A stretch of 64,000 nt of DNA from a plasmid. The DNA is taken from the sequence record NZ_CP044080.1; one strand, 5' to 3'. The translations under genes were made by a program, and so were the position numbers. Below the pieces are notes generated by a model, which saw only the letters and a program-made list of their open reading frames with translations, ran no database searches and was not told where the DNA came from. This document shows, piece after piece, positions 26,844 to 36,898 of this stretch (position 1 is its first letter; every line of letters starts with the position of its first letter).

Positions 26844-27749
26844 TTAGGCTGCTTTTGCGGCGGCGTTCAAGCTTGTGTAGAATTCCTCCTCTGCTTCGTT
26901 CGGTGTGACGTAACCGATGGCGCTGTGCAGGCGCGTCTTGTTATACCAGTCGACCCACTTCAGGGTTTCCCACTCGACTTGACCCACGGATTTCCAAGGG
27001 CCGAGGAACTTGATGACCTCGGTCTTGAACAGGCCGATGATGCTTTCAGCCAGAGCGTTGTCATAGGAATCACCGACGCTGCCGACCGAGGTGTCGATGC
27101 CCGCCTCGGCCAGCCGCTCGGTATATCGGATCGAGAGATATTGGCTGCCCCGGTCGCTGTGATGGATCAGCTTGTCAGCCTCGGACGGCGCGCGCTGGCA
27201 GATGGCCTGATTCAGAGCGTCGAGGACGAAACCGGTGGTCATCGAAGTCGAGACGCGCCAGCCGACGATCTTGCGGGCGAAGACGTCGATCACGAAGGCC
27301 ACATAAACCATGCCCTGCCAACTTGAGACGTAGGTGAAATCGCTGACCCACAGCTGGTTCGGCATGTCTGCCACGAAGACCCGGTTCACCTTGTCGTCCG
27401 GACAGGGTTGGGCCGCATCGGGGTTGGTCGTGACGACCTTCTTGCCGCGCACAACGCCTTGCAACCCCATGACCTTCATCAGCCGCTCCACTGTGCAACG
27501 GGCGATGTCGCACCCTTCGCGGCGCAACTGGTGCCAAACCTTACGCGCGCCATATCGGCCTCTGCTGCCGTCGAATATCTGCTTGATGGCAGTCATGTCC
27601 TTCTGGTCCTGCCTGGCCCGATCCGATGCCAGGGTGGGATCACGCTCCACAGCCTTGAAACTGTAGAACGTCGATGGTGCGATCCCCAGAACCCGGCAGA
27701 TCGGCCCGACACCAAAGACGCCACGGTGATCGTCGAGAAACGCGATCAT
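26844..27749 (-). CDS. IS3-family transposase OrfB (DDE integrase core).
   Basis: rve integrase-core motifs. Overlaps orfA in the -1 frame. Confidence 0.9.
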   Translation of the reverse strand: MIAFLDDHRGVFGVGPICRVLGIAPSTFYSFKAVERDPTLASDRARQDQKDMTAIKQIFDGSRGRYGARKVWHQLRREGCDIARCTVERLMKVMGLQGVVRGKKVVTTNPDAAQPCPDDKVNRVFVADMPNQLWVSDFTYVSSWQGMVYVAFVIDVFARKIVGWRVSTSMTTGFVLDALNQAICQRAPSEADKLIHHSDRGSQYLSIRYTERLAEAGIDTSVGSVGDSYDNALAESIIGLFKTEVIKFLGPWKSVGQVEWETLKWVDWYNKTRLHSAIGYVTPNEAEEEFYTSLNAAAKAA

Positions 27750-28087
27750 TTGCGGAACGGGCGGTCGAGCTCCGCCGCAGCGAAATATGCGCTGGCCTTC
27801 TTCAGGATCTCATTGGCGGTGCGAAGCTCCCGCACCTCGCGTTCCAGTTCCTTGATCCGGTCCTTCTCCGCGCTCGTCAGCCCGCCGCGCTCTCCGCGGT
27901 CACGCTCCGCCTGCTGGCACCAGACGCGCAGACTGTCGGGAGAGCAGCCAAGCTTCGGCGCGATCGCCTTGTAGGCCGCACTGTCGCTGGCGTAGTCGCC
28001 GCGGTTCTCGCGGAAAAGCCGAACACCGCGTTCGCGCAGTTCGGCCGGATAGGCGGGGGTGAATCTTTGCTTCGTCATAGGGCTCAT
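27746..28087 (-). CDS. IS3-family transposase OrfA (HTH).
   Basis: HTH and leucine-zipper-like region (ELEREVRELRTANEILKKASAYFAAAEL). Confidence 0.9.
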   Translation of the reverse strand: MSPMTKQRFTPAYPAELRERGVRLFRENRGDYASDSAAYKAIAPKLGCSPDSLRVWCQQAERDRGERGGLTSAEKDRIKELEREVRELRTANEILKKASAYFAAAELDRPFRK

Positions 28088-28128
28088 CCTTTGAGTGCTC
28101 TACTCTCCGGTAAACCCGGGGCGGTTCA

Positions 28129-28534
28129 TTCCGGTGCCGGGCCCACCGATCAGAACGATGTTCTGCGCCCCGTCCATGAACTCGCCACGATGGAGTTGGC
28201 GCACCGTGGCCTCGTTCATCTCGCAGTTCGAGAAGTCAAAGCCGGACAGATCCTTGTAGGCCGGGAAGCGTGCCGCCTTCATGTGATAAGCGATTGACCG
28301 GACTTCTCGTTCTGCCGTCTCGGCCTTCAACAACTGGGTCAGGACTGGCACTGCGGCTTCGAATGCCGGTGCGCCCTGTTCGATCAGGTCGGTCACCGCT
28401 TGTGCCATGCCATGCATCTTGAGGCTGCGGAGCATGATGATGACGGCGCCGCTGGCGGGATCATGACGCATGACGGCCTCCGGTTTTACGGGCGCGCAGA
28501 TCGTCGTAGCGCCCGACATTGGCCGTGGGCTCAC
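28129..28534 (-). pseudogene. istB: IstB N-terminal fragment (IS21-B), truncated at the P-loop by the IS3 insertion.
   Basis: ...IVLIGGPGTG then reads into the IS3 end. Start overlaps the istA stop, as is typical for IS21. Confidence 0.75.
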
Positions 28535-29990
28535 GGCGCAGCAACAACGCCTGCGGTGTGTCGATCAGCGGCCCGTCATTGGTTTTGCCGTCGATCAGGC
28601 GGTGGAGAATGTTCAACACATGGGTCTTGGTAGCGACCCCTTCGGCCAGCGCCAGTTCTACGGCCGTCAGCACCGCCTGTTCGTCGTGATGCAGGACCAG
28701 CGCAAGGATATCGACCAGCTCGCGATCCCCACCGGGCCGCCGCAGCATCTGCTCCTGCAACTGCCTGAACCCTGTCGGCAGTTCAGCAAACGGTGCGCCA
28801 TTTCGAAGGGCACCGGGCTTGCGTTGAATAACGGCCAGATAATGCCGCCAGTCGTAGATCGTTCGTGGCAGTTGGTGAGAGCGATCAATATGACGCGTAT
28901 GCTCGCAAAGGATTTGCCCCTCTGCGGCGATGACAAGCCGGTCGGGATAAACACGCAGGCTGACAGGACGGTTCGCGAACGACGCCGGCACGCTGTATCG
29001 ATTGCGTTCGAAGCTGATCAGGCAGGTGGGTGAGACGCGCTTGCTTTGCTCGACGAAGCCGTCGAAGGCAGGTGGCACTGGCATCAGGGCGGCCTGCTCC
29101 TCGGCCCAGGTATCCGCAACGCTCCCGGCCAGGCGACCGTGCGGGATCTCTTGCCATATCTCTCTGCAGCGTCGCTCCAGCCAGGTGTTCAGCGTCGCGA
29201 GATCGGGGAAGTTCGGCATCGGTTGCCACAGGCGTGGCCGTGCATCTTGCACGTTCTTCTCGACCTGACCCTTCTCCCAACCTGCGGCGGGGTTGCAGAA
29301 CTCCGGCTCGAAGACGTAGTGGTTTGCCATGGCAAGGAAGCGCATGTTGACCTGACGCTCCTTGCCGCGCCCGATCCGATCCACGGCTGTCCGCATATTA
29401 TCGTAGATGCCCCGTTCCGGAACACCGCCGAGCACGCGGAAGCCGTGCCAATGGGCATCGAACAGCATCTCGTGGGTCTGAAGCAAATAGGCCCGCACAA
29501 GAAAGGCCCGGCTGTGCGACAGCTTGATATGGGCCACCTGCAGCTTCGTGCGCTCGCCGCCCAGGACGGCATAATCTTCGCTCCAGTCGAACTGGAAGGC
29601 TTCGCCCGGGCGGAAAGTCAGTGGCACGTAGCTGCCGCGTCCCGTGGTCTGTTGTTCGCGCTGACGGTCTTCGCGCCATGCCCGGGCAAAAGCCGCGACC
29701 CTGCCATATGAACCGGTGAAGCCGAGTGCTACGAGATCGGCGTGAATGCGCGTGAGCGGACGGCGCTGTTTGCGCGACTTCGACGTCTCGGTCTTCAGCC
29801 ACGCTGCAAGCTTGTCTGCGTAGGGATCGAGCTTGCTCGGGCGCTCCGGCACGACGAACTTCGGCTCAACCGTGCCAGCGTTAAGATACTTCTTGATGGT
29901 GTTGCGCGACAGACCAGTCCGGCGAGCAATCTCGCGGATCGGAAGCTTCTCTCGCAGCGCCATTCGGCGGATGACATTCAAAAGTCCCAT
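28461..29990 (-). CDS. istA: IS21-family transposase IstA (intact).
   Basis: N-terminal HTH (MGLLNVIRRMALREKLPIREIARRTGLSRNTIKKYL) and DDE core (..FQFDWSEDYAV..). Start taken at the internal Met at 29990. Confidence 0.85.
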   Translation of the reverse strand: MGLLNVIRRMALREKLPIREIARRTGLSRNTIKKYLNAGTVEPKFVVPERPSKLDPYADKLAAWLKTETSKSRKQRRPLTRIHADLVALGFTGSYGRVAAFARAWREDRQREQQTTGRGSYVPLTFRPGEAFQFDWSEDYAVLGGERTKLQVAHIKLSHSRAFLVRAYLLQTHEMLFDAHWHGFRVLGGVPERGIYDNMRTAVDRIGRGKERQVNMRFLAMANHYVFEPEFCNPAAGWEKGQVEKNVQDARPRLWQPMPNFPDLATLNTWLERRCREIWQEIPHGRLAGSVADTWAEEQAALMPVPPAFDGFVEQSKRVSPTCLISFERNRYSVPASFANRPVSLRVYPDRLVIAAEGQILCEHTRHIDRSHQLPRTIYDWRHYLAVIQRKPGALRNGAPFAELPTGFRQLQEQMLRRPGGDRELVDILALVLHHDEQAVLTAVELALAEGVATKTHVLNILHRLIDGKTNDGPLIDTPQALLLRREPTANVGRYDDLRARKTGGRHAS

Positions 29991-30242
29991 GTGGATCACT
30001 CCTTGGCCCCCCGTCGCTCGCCGCGTTGGGGGAAGGGTCACATGGGTCAACTCTCAATGGAAATTATCGCCCGAACCGGATCACGTCTCGGTGGAAATCA
30101 ACACAAATGGGGAACAGACTCGGCAATGCCTTGCAGAAAATCACCCTGATCGTGCTTTGGCAGAAGCTCGGACAGGTCCACGTTGGTCTTGGCCAGTGAA
30201 CACACGATTGCGGCTAGACCGGAGCCACAGACCCCTCCCCGA

Positions 30243-30839
30243 TCACCCGGGACAGGCGGCTCCGGTGTCGATCCAGGCCCGCGTCAGCTGGCCGAAGATC
30301 TCCTGGCTGCCGGGGGCGGGCTCGCGGCCTGCGCCGGGGTGCCAGCCCCAGCCGACCAGGCCGTCATGGGCGTTGTGTTCGTGAAGCTCTTCCAGCGTCT
30401 TGCCGCCGTTGCGCTCGGGATCCTTGATCTGCTGGCAGATCTCGCCCAGGGACAGGCCGACCCAGCCCATGCTGACCGGGGCCAGCGACCAGGGCTCGTG
30501 CCCCGGAATGCTGCCCTGGCCGCCGGTCAGGGTGACATTCTCGGCCCCGTGGCAGGTGTTGCAGGTCATCCCCGGCGCGCCGAAATCGGCCTCTCCGCGC
30601 ACCACGGGCGGATCGTGGGGATGCATGTCGTCGCCCTGCGTCGGCCCGCCGGTGACCGGGTGGCAGTTCAGGCAGCGCGGATGGGTAAGCACCTTGCCCA
30701 TCTCCTGGAACAGGGCGGCGGACCTTTGGGCCTTGTCGGCGATGGCGTCGAAAGCATCTGGGGTTTGCAGGTCGTCCTGCGCCCAAAGCGGCGCGGCGCA
30801 GAACAGCGCCGGGACAAGAACGGCCGTGACTGATCTCAT
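30243..30839 (-). CDS. Dihaem c-type cytochrome subunit of a molybdo-aldehyde oxidoreductase, with a signal peptide.
   Basis: Two CxxCH motifs (CLNCH, CNTCH). N-terminal signal peptide. ATGA overlap with the large-subunit stop. Confidence 0.7.
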   Translation of the reverse strand: MRSVTAVLVPALFCAAPLWAQDDLQTPDAFDAIADKAQRSAALFQEMGKVLTHPRCLNCHPVTGGPTQGDDMHPHDPPVVRGEADFGAPGMTCNTCHGAENVTLTGGQGSIPGHEPWSLAPVSMGWVGLSLGEICQQIKDPERNGGKTLEELHEHNAHDGLVGWGWHPGAGREPAPGSQEIFGQLTRAWIDTGAACPG

Positions 30840-32977
30840 GAAATCGCTCCGCCGAAAGGAAGCTGGTATTGCCGGGCGCCGTTCAAGGCGCGCCAGGCAT
30901 TGGCCATCGCCGGGGCCAGCGGCGGCACGCCCGGTTCGCCGACGCCGGTCGGATCCGCGGCGCTGCGGATGATCGAGACCTCGACCGCCGGCATCTCTGC
31001 GATCCGCAGCATCGGATAGTCGTGGAAATTCGACTGTTCCACCGTGCCGCCCGGCGCCAGGGTGATGCGGCTGTGCAGCGCGGCGGACAGCGCATAGCCG
31101 ATGCCGCCCTCCATCTGCGCGCGGATCACGTTGGGATTGACGGCGATGCCGCAATCGATGGCGCACCAGACGCGGGTGACGCGCGGGGTGCCGCCGCGAT
31201 CCTCGACCTCGACCACCTCGGCGACATAGGTGCCGAAGCTTTTCGCATAGGCGATGCCATAGCCCTTGCCGTCGCGGCGCGGTCCCTGCCAACCGGCCAT
31301 GCGGGCGGCCTCGGCGATCACGGCGCGTTCGCGCGCGGCCTCGGGCGGCAGCAGGTCCAGGCGGCCCTGCACGGGATCCTTTCCGGCGGCCTCCAGAACC
31401 TCGTCCAGGAAGGTCTCGACCGCATAGGTGGTGTGGGTATGCCCCACCGACCGCCACCACAGCACGCTGACAGGGCTTTCCATCCGCGCCCAGCCGATGC
31501 GCCGCGCGCCCAGGCGGTAGGGCAGGCCGGTGGAGCCTTCGAACGAGCTGTTGTCCGGGCCGCCCTTCAGCATCGCCTCCATCGGCGTTCCTGCCATGAT
31601 CGACTGGTTCGCGACGACGTTTTCCCACCCGATGATGGTGCCGTCCGCATCCAGGCCGGCGCGCAGGCGGTGGACGGTCATCGGGCGGTAATAGCCGCCC
31701 TTCACGTCGTCCTCTCGGGTCCAGACCAGCTTGAAGGCGCCGTCTCGCCCGGCGGCCTTGGCGATTTCGCCCACCTCGGCCGCCAGATGGGCCGAGCCCT
31801 GCGCCCGCCGACCGAAGGATCCGCCCGCCATCAGCACGTTGATCGTCACGTCCTCGGGCGCGATGCCCAGGGCGCCCGCGATGGTGGGCTTGTCAAAGGA
31901 CGGGAACTGGCTGCCGAACCACAGCTCGGCCTTGCCGCCCTTGGTCTCGATCACCGCATCCAGGGGTTCCATCGGCGCATGGGCCAGATAGGGGAAACGG
32001 TATTCGGCCGTCAGCACCCTGGCCGCGCCGTCGATGGCTGACAGGTCGCCCTCTTCCTCGACCGTCTCGCCGCCCTGGGCGGCGGCCTCGGCGAAGGCCG
32101 CGAACATCTGGGTGGAGCTGCGCGTTTCCGCCTTGCTGTCGTCCCATTCCAGGATCAGCGCGTCGCGGCCCTTCAACGCGGCATAGGTGTTGGTCGCATA
32201 GACCGCCACGCCCGAGGGCACGGTCCGCACCATCTCGACCCCTTTCACCGCCAGGGCGGCGCTGTCGTCCACGCGGGCCAGGGTCGCGCCGAACCGGGGC
32301 GGATGCGCCACCACCACGGTCAGCATCCCGTCGCGATAGACATCCAGGGTGAACTGCGCGGTGCCGGTGGATTTCGACGCGCTGTCCAGCTTGGGCCGGT
32401 TGGTGCCGATCAGCACGAAATCGGCGGGGGCCTTGACCGGCGGGTCTTCGGGCACCGGCTGGCGGGCGGCGGCGGTCGACAGCGCGCCGAAGCCGGACGA
32501 CCGGCCCGAGGCCTCATGCGCGACGACCCCCGCCTTGACGGTGATCTCGGAGGCGGGGACGCCCCATTCCTCGGCGGCAGCGGCGACCAGCATGGCGCGG
32601 GCGGCGGCGCCGGCCTTGCGCATCTGCATGAAGCTGTTGGCGATGGCGGTGGACCCCCCGGTCCCCTGCGCCCCGAAGGCCAGATTGGCATACAGCGTGT
32701 CGTCGGCGGGCGCGCCTTCGGCCCGCATCTGCGACCAGTCGGCGTCCAGTTCCTCGGCCACCAGGGTCGCAAGGCCGGTATAGGGCCCCTGCCCCATCTC
32801 AAGGTGCTTGATCATCACCGTGACCAGATCGTCGGTCCCGATGCGGATGAAGGCATTGGGCGCGAATGGCCCGGCCACCGTCACCTGCGCGCGGCCCCGG
32901 CCGACCGGAAGCGCCAGCGCCAGCAACAGCCCTGTCCCACCTGCCAGGAAACCCCGGCGCGTCGTCTGCACGGTCAC
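30836..32977 (-). CDS. iorB: Molybdopterin-binding large subunit of an aldehyde oxidase / xanthine dehydrogenase-family oxidoreductase (IorB-like), Tat-secreted.
   Basis: GTG start with a GGAGGG RBS. Twin-arginine signal TTRRGFLAGG. Long IorB-type sequence, 713 aa. Confidence 0.8.
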   Translation of the reverse strand: MTVQTTRRGFLAGGTGLLLALALPVGRGRAQVTVAGPFAPNAFIRIGTDDLVTVMIKHLEMGQGPYTGLATLVAEELDADWSQMRAEGAPADDTLYANLAFGAQGTGGSTAIANSFMQMRKAGAAARAMLVAAAAEEWGVPASEITVKAGVVAHEASGRSSGFGALSTAAARQPVPEDPPVKAPADFVLIGTNRPKLDSASKSTGTAQFTLDVYRDGMLTVVVAHPPRFGATLARVDDSAALAVKGVEMVRTVPSGVAVYATNTYAALKGRDALILEWDDSKAETRSSTQMFAAFAEAAAQGGETVEEEGDLSAIDGAARVLTAEYRFPYLAHAPMEPLDAVIETKGGKAELWFGSQFPSFDKPTIAGALGIAPEDVTINVLMAGGSFGRRAQGSAHLAAEVGEIAKAAGRDGAFKLVWTREDDVKGGYYRPMTVHRLRAGLDADGTIIGWENVVANQSIMAGTPMEAMLKGGPDNSSFEGSTGLPYRLGARRIGWARMESPVSVLWWRSVGHTHTTYAVETFLDEVLEAAGKDPVQGRLDLLPPEAARERAVIAEAARMAGWQGPRRDGKGYGIAYAKSFGTYVAEVVEVEDRGGTPRVTRVWCAIDCGIAVNPNVIRAQMEGGIGYALSAALHSRITLAPGGTVEQSNFHDYPMLRIAEMPAVEVSIIRSAADPTGVGEPGVPPLAPAMANAWRALNGARQYQLPFGGAIS

Positions 32978-32979
32978 GA

Positions 32980-33438
32980 TCAGCCCTCCAGCGTCCGGGC
33001 GGCGTCGTGGATGGCCTGCCGGATCCGCACATAGGTGGCGCAGCGGCAGATGTTTCCCGCCATCGCGTTGTTGATGTCCTCGTCGCTGGGCTGCGGGATC
33101 TGTTGCAGGAGGGCGGTCGCCGACATGACCTGCCCCGACTGGCACCAGCCGCATTGCGGCACGTCGATGGCCGTCCAGGCTGCCTGCACGGCGGCGACCT
33201 CGGGGCCTTCCATGCCCTCGATGGTGGTGACCTCGCTGCCCTCGATCATGCCGATGGGGGTCACGCAGGACCGCCGGGGCATCCCGTCCAGCATCACCGT
33301 GCAGGCACCGCATTGGGCGATGCCGCAGCCGAACTTGGTGCCGGTCAGGCGCAGTTCGTCGCGCAGAACCCACAGCAGCGGCGTTTCGGGATCCACGTCC
33401 AGATCGTGATCCCGGCCATTCACACGAAGTCGCGTCAT
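32980..33438 (-). CDS. iorA: [2Fe-2S]-binding small subunit (IorA-like).
   Basis: Plant-ferredoxin-like CGxxQCGACT motif and a second cluster motif CGWCQSG...CRCATY. Confidence 0.8.
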   Translation of the reverse strand: MTRLRVNGRDHDLDVDPETPLLWVLRDELRLTGTKFGCGIAQCGACTVMLDGMPRRSCVTPIGMIEGSEVTTIEGMEGPEVAAVQAAWTAIDVPQCGWCQSGQVMSATALLQQIPQPSDEDINNAMAGNICRCATYVRIRQAIHDAARTLEG

Positions 33439-33581
33439 CCCTGGCCTCATTCGCTGGGTCCGGGAATGATGGCCCCCCTGTCCCTCAGGTCAAGCGAAAA
33501 GCTGCCCCGGCGCGTGGCAGAGCCCATTGCGCGCGGCCAGGATCGGGCGCAAGCTGAACTTTCCTCAAAGGAAAGATTGCC

Positions 33582-34226
33582 GTGGCCAAGACCTCCAGTC
33601 CTGCGAAGACCCTGACCCAGAACCCCCATGCCCTGCGCGACACGCCCGAGCGCAACCTGGAAGTCGCGATCGGTCGCGCCGTGCGCGAGCTGCGCAAGCG
33701 CCAGCGCATGACCGGGTCGGACCTGTCGGCGCAGACCGGGATTTCCATCGGCATGCTGTCCAAGATCGAGAACGGGGTGATCTCGCCCTCGCTCGGCACC
33801 TTGCAGGCGCTGGCCAATGCGTTGCGCGTGCCGCTGGTCCAGCTTTTCGCCGGCTTTGCCGAGCCGCGCGGCGCGATGCACGTCAAGGCGGGCCAGGGTG
33901 TCGAGATCGAGCGCCAGGGCACCCGCGCCGGCCACCAGTATCACCTGCTGGGCCATATCGGGTCGAACAACTCGGGCGTGGTGGTCGAGCCCTATCTGAT
34001 CGTGCTCAGCGCAGAAAGCGACCGCTTCCCGACCTTCCAGCACGAGGGGATCGAGATGCTGTACATGCTGGACGGAATCGTCGGCTATCGCCATGGCGAA
34101 CAGGTTTATCGGCTTGAGCCGGGCGACACGCTGCTGTTCGACGCCGATGCGCCGCATGGGCCGGTGGACCTGATCTCGCTTCCGGCGCGCTATCTGTCGG
34201 TCATCACCTATCCGCAATCCCGCTGA
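33582..34226 (+). CDS. XRE-family transcriptional regulator with a C-terminal cupin domain.
   Basis: HTH_3 (MTGSDLSAQTGISIGMLSKIENGVISPSLGTLQALANAL) plus a cupin sensor. Divergent from iorA. Confidence 0.8.
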   Translation: MAKTSSPAKTLTQNPHALRDTPERNLEVAIGRAVRELRKRQRMTGSDLSAQTGISIGMLSKIENGVISPSLGTLQALANALRVPLVQLFAGFAEPRGAMHVKAGQGVEIERQGTRAGHQYHLLGHIGSNNSGVVVEPYLIVLSAESDRFPTFQHEGIEMLYMLDGIVGYRHGEQVYRLEPGDTLLFDADAPHGPVDLISLPARYLSVITYPQSR

Positions 34227-34277
34227 ACGGGAAAGGGGCCGGGATGAACCCGGCCCCCCAAAGCAGGGCATAGGGTG

Positions 34278-35666
34278 TCAGCCCGGCTGCCCGGCGGGCG
34301 CGACGGCAGGACGCGCGGCGGCGGGCGCGTGTTCGACGGGCTGGCTGGGTGCCCCGGCATAGACGCCATCGCCCAGGCGATAGCCGACCTCGCCATGCTC
34401 GCCCGTGTCCAGGCCGTCGAACTCGACTTCCGGGTCGACGCGCAGCCCGACCAGCGCATCCGCCACCTTCAGCGCGATCCAGGTGGTGACCAGCGACACG
34501 CCGATGCTGAAGCCCATGATCAGGACCTGCGGCACCATCTGGGACAGCATCGTGCGCCCTTCGGGATAGCCCAGGCCGCCAAGCGCGGGGGCGGCGAAGA
34601 TCACGGTCAGGATGCCGCCCACCGCCGCGCCGACGCCGTGGACGCCGAACACGTCGAAACTGTCGTCATAGCCGAAGCGGCGCTTGACGCTTTCGACGGC
34701 ATAAAGGCAGACCGGCGCGGTCAGGAACCCGACCGCGATGGCGCCCGCGGGTCCGACAAAGCCGCAGGCCGGGGTGATCGCGACCAGCCCGGCGATGCAG
34801 CCCGACAGCAGGCCGAAGGTGCTGGGGCGCTTGCGATGCACCCATTCCGTCGCCATCCAGCCAAGCGCGCCGCCGGCCCCGCCCAGGGCGGTGTTCAGCA
34901 TGACCAGCGTGGCAAAGCCGTTCGCCGCCAGTGCGCAGCCGCCGCAGAAGGCCAGCCAGCCCACCCACAGCATGGCGCCGCCGGTATAGGTCATCGTCAT
35001 GTTGTGGGGCGCCATCATCGCGGTGCCGTAGCCCTGGCGCGGCCCCACGACCAGCGCGCAGACCAGCGCCGCCATGCCGGCGTTCAGGTGGACGACGTTG
35101 CCGCCCGCGAAGTCCTGCACCGCCAAGCCAAAGACCCAGCCGCCGCCCCAGGCCATGTGCGCCATCGGCACATAGTTGATCGTCAACCAGACCGCCATGA
35201 AGATCAGCACGGCCGAGAACTTCATCCGCTCGGCGAAGGCGCCGACGATCAGGGGCGGGGTGATCGCGGCGAACATCATCATGAACAGGACATACAGGTA
35301 TTCGGGGATGGTCCCGACCAGGCTGTCCTGGGTGATGCCCGACAGGAACATCTTGCCGGTGCCGCCGATCACCGCCATCCAGGAGGACGGCGCAAAGGTC
35401 AGCGAATAGCCGAACAGGATCCACAGCACGCAGACCAGCGCGATGGTGGCCAGGATATGGGTCATCACCGACAGCACGTTCTTGCTGCGGGCCATGCCGG
35501 CATAGAACAGGCCCAGGCCGGGCAGCATCATCAGCATGACGATCATCGCGCAGGCGGCGACAAAGGCGGTGTCGCCGCTGTCCAGCGCCGGCTCGGCCGT
35601 CTGGGCCAGGGCCCCCAGCGGCAGGGCGGTGGCGGCCAGGGCCGCCAGGGCAGTCTTGAGGTTCAT
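34278..35666 (-). CDS. amt: Ammonium / methylammonium transporter, Amt family, with a signal peptide.
   Basis: 11 TM helices. Amt signature (..FAGGNVVHLNAG.. and ..GFDDSFDVFGVHGVGG..). Confidence 0.85.
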   Translation of the reverse strand: MNLKTALAALAATALPLGALAQTAEPALDSGDTAFVAACAMIVMLMMLPGLGLFYAGMARSKNVLSVMTHILATIALVCVLWILFGYSLTFAPSSWMAVIGGTGKMFLSGITQDSLVGTIPEYLYVLFMMMFAAITPPLIVGAFAERMKFSAVLIFMAVWLTINYVPMAHMAWGGGWVFGLAVQDFAGGNVVHLNAGMAALVCALVVGPRQGYGTAMMAPHNMTMTYTGGAMLWVGWLAFCGGCALAANGFATLVMLNTALGGAGGALGWMATEWVHRKRPSTFGLLSGCIAGLVAITPACGFVGPAGAIAVGFLTAPVCLYAVESVKRRFGYDDSFDVFGVHGVGAAVGGILTVIFAAPALGGLGYPEGRTMLSQMVPQVLIMGFSIGVSLVTTWIALKVADALVGLRVDPEVEFDGLDTGEHGEVGYRLGDGVYAGAPSQPVEHAPAAARPAVAPAGQPG

Positions 35667-35950
35667 GGCATGGTTCCCGTGTCCAGAAGATCGCTCCCAG
35701 CATCGGCGCGAGACTGCCGTCGCCGCAAAGTTTCCTGAAGATCAAGATTGTTGTGCATCAGGAATTGCGCCGATGCGCCGCAAAATGCGCCAGCCTGCCC
35801 GCGCGGCGGTCATCCTGTGAAATCCGGCGGGCGAATCGCGCCATCATACCTTCCCTGCCTGTTTTCCCGTCCCCGGATGCGCTCTGCCGCCCGTTTCCTG
35901 ATCACATGGCGGCTTGGCGGAAGTGCAGGGTGTTTCCCATAATTTTCCTG

Positions 35951-35980
35951 TTGCGAATTTAATTTTCGTGTAAGTTATAT
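35951..35980 (+). promoter_or_regulatory. Putative sigma70 promoter for the mgsABC-gmaS operon, TTGCGA-18-TTATAT.
   Basis: AT-rich patch in the amt-mgsA divergent region, with an imperfect palindrome CGAATTTAATTTTCG in the spacer. Confidence 0.3.
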
Positions 35981-35994
35981 GAGGAAACCCGAAC

Positions 35995-36897
35995 ATGACG
36001 GAGACGAAGATGTGCGGCATCGTAGGCCTGTTCCTGAAAAAGGAAGAACTGCGCCCGAAACTTGGTGAGTTGCTGACCGACATGCTGGTCACCATGACCG
36101 ACCGCGGACCCGACAGCGCGGGCATCGCGATCTATGGCGACGAGGCCGGCCGGCTGAAGCTGACCGTCCAGTCGGACACGCCCGAGGCGACCTTCCACGG
36201 CCTTGACGTGGCGCTGTCCCATGCGATCGAAAGCCCGGTCGCGATGCGCGTGATCGACACCCACGCCGTCCTGACCCTGCCGGAGGCGGCCGAGGCGCAG
36301 GCCCGCGCCTATCTGGCCGAAAAGGGCATTCGCGTTATGGGCGCGGGCCATGCGATGGAGATCTACAAGGAGGTCGGCCTGCCCCGCGACGTGGCTCGGC
36401 GGTTCCAGCTGCGCGGCATGGCCGGCAGCCACGGCATCGGCCATACCCGCATGGCGACCGAAAGCGCGGTGACGACGCTGGGGGCGCATCCGTTCTCGAC
36501 CGGCACGGACCAGTGCCTGGTGCACAACGGGTCGCTCTCGAACCACAACCAGATGCGCCGCGTGCTGTCGGAAAAGGGCTTCGCCCCCCAGACCGCGAAC
36601 GATACCGAGGTCGCCGCCTGCTACATCTCGTCCCGCCTGGCCGAGGGCGCGAACCTGGGCGAGGCGCTGGAAGGCACGCTGAAGGACCTGGACGGGTTCT
36701 TCACCTTTGTCGTCGGCACCAGGAACGGCTTCGGCGTGGTGCGCGACCCCATCGCCTGCAAGCCCGCCGTGATGGCCGAGACCGAGGATTACGTCGCCTT
36801 CGGCAGCGAATACCGCGCACTGGCCAACCTGCCCGGGATCGAGACCGCCCGCGTCTGGGAACCCGAACCCGCCACCGTCTATTTCTGGGAACGCTGA
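35995..36897 (+). CDS. mgsA: N-methylglutamate synthase subunit A (class-II glutamine amidotransferase domain).
   Basis: Ntn-hydrolase start MCGIVG. GltB N-domain-like. GAGGAAA RBS. Confidence 0.85.
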   Translation: MTETKMCGIVGLFLKKEELRPKLGELLTDMLVTMTDRGPDSAGIAIYGDEAGRLKLTVQSDTPEATFHGLDVALSHAIESPVAMRVIDTHAVLTLPEAAEAQARAYLAEKGIRVMGAGHAMEIYKEVGLPRDVARRFQLRGMAGSHGIGHTRMATESAVTTLGAHPFSTGTDQCLVHNGSLSNHNQMRRVLSEKGFAPQTANDTEVAACYISSRLAEGANLGEALEGTLKDLDGFFTFVVGTRNGFGVVRDPIACKPAVMAETEDYVAFGSEYRALANLPGIETARVWEPEPATVYFWER

Positions 36898-36898
36898 A

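Larger units (their letters stand above)
26803..28128 (-). mobile_element. IS3-family insertion sequence, copy 2 (intact, 1326 bp), inserted in istB of IS21-B.
   Basis: Same 26-bp IRs as copy 1. orfA and orfB overlap in the -1 frame. No target duplication, and the istB sequence on the two sides is not contiguous. Confidence 0.9.
26491..30101 (-). mobile_element. IS21-family insertion sequence B. istA is intact. istB is split by IS3 copy 2, with about 180 bp of istB missing. Ends approximate.
   Basis: Multiple terminal repeats TTGATTTCCACCGAGAC(G/A)TGACCC at 26491-26538, with an inverted copy GGATCACGTCTCGGTGGAAATCAA at about 30078-30101. No target duplication. Confidence 0.7.

Noticed and set aside
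35667-35760. Sigma-54 (-24/-12) promoter and NtrC sites upstream of amt (TGCGCC repeats).
   Set aside because: No convincing TGGCAC-N5-TTGC on the correct strand. The TGCGCC-N5-GCCGCA half-site resemblance is weak.
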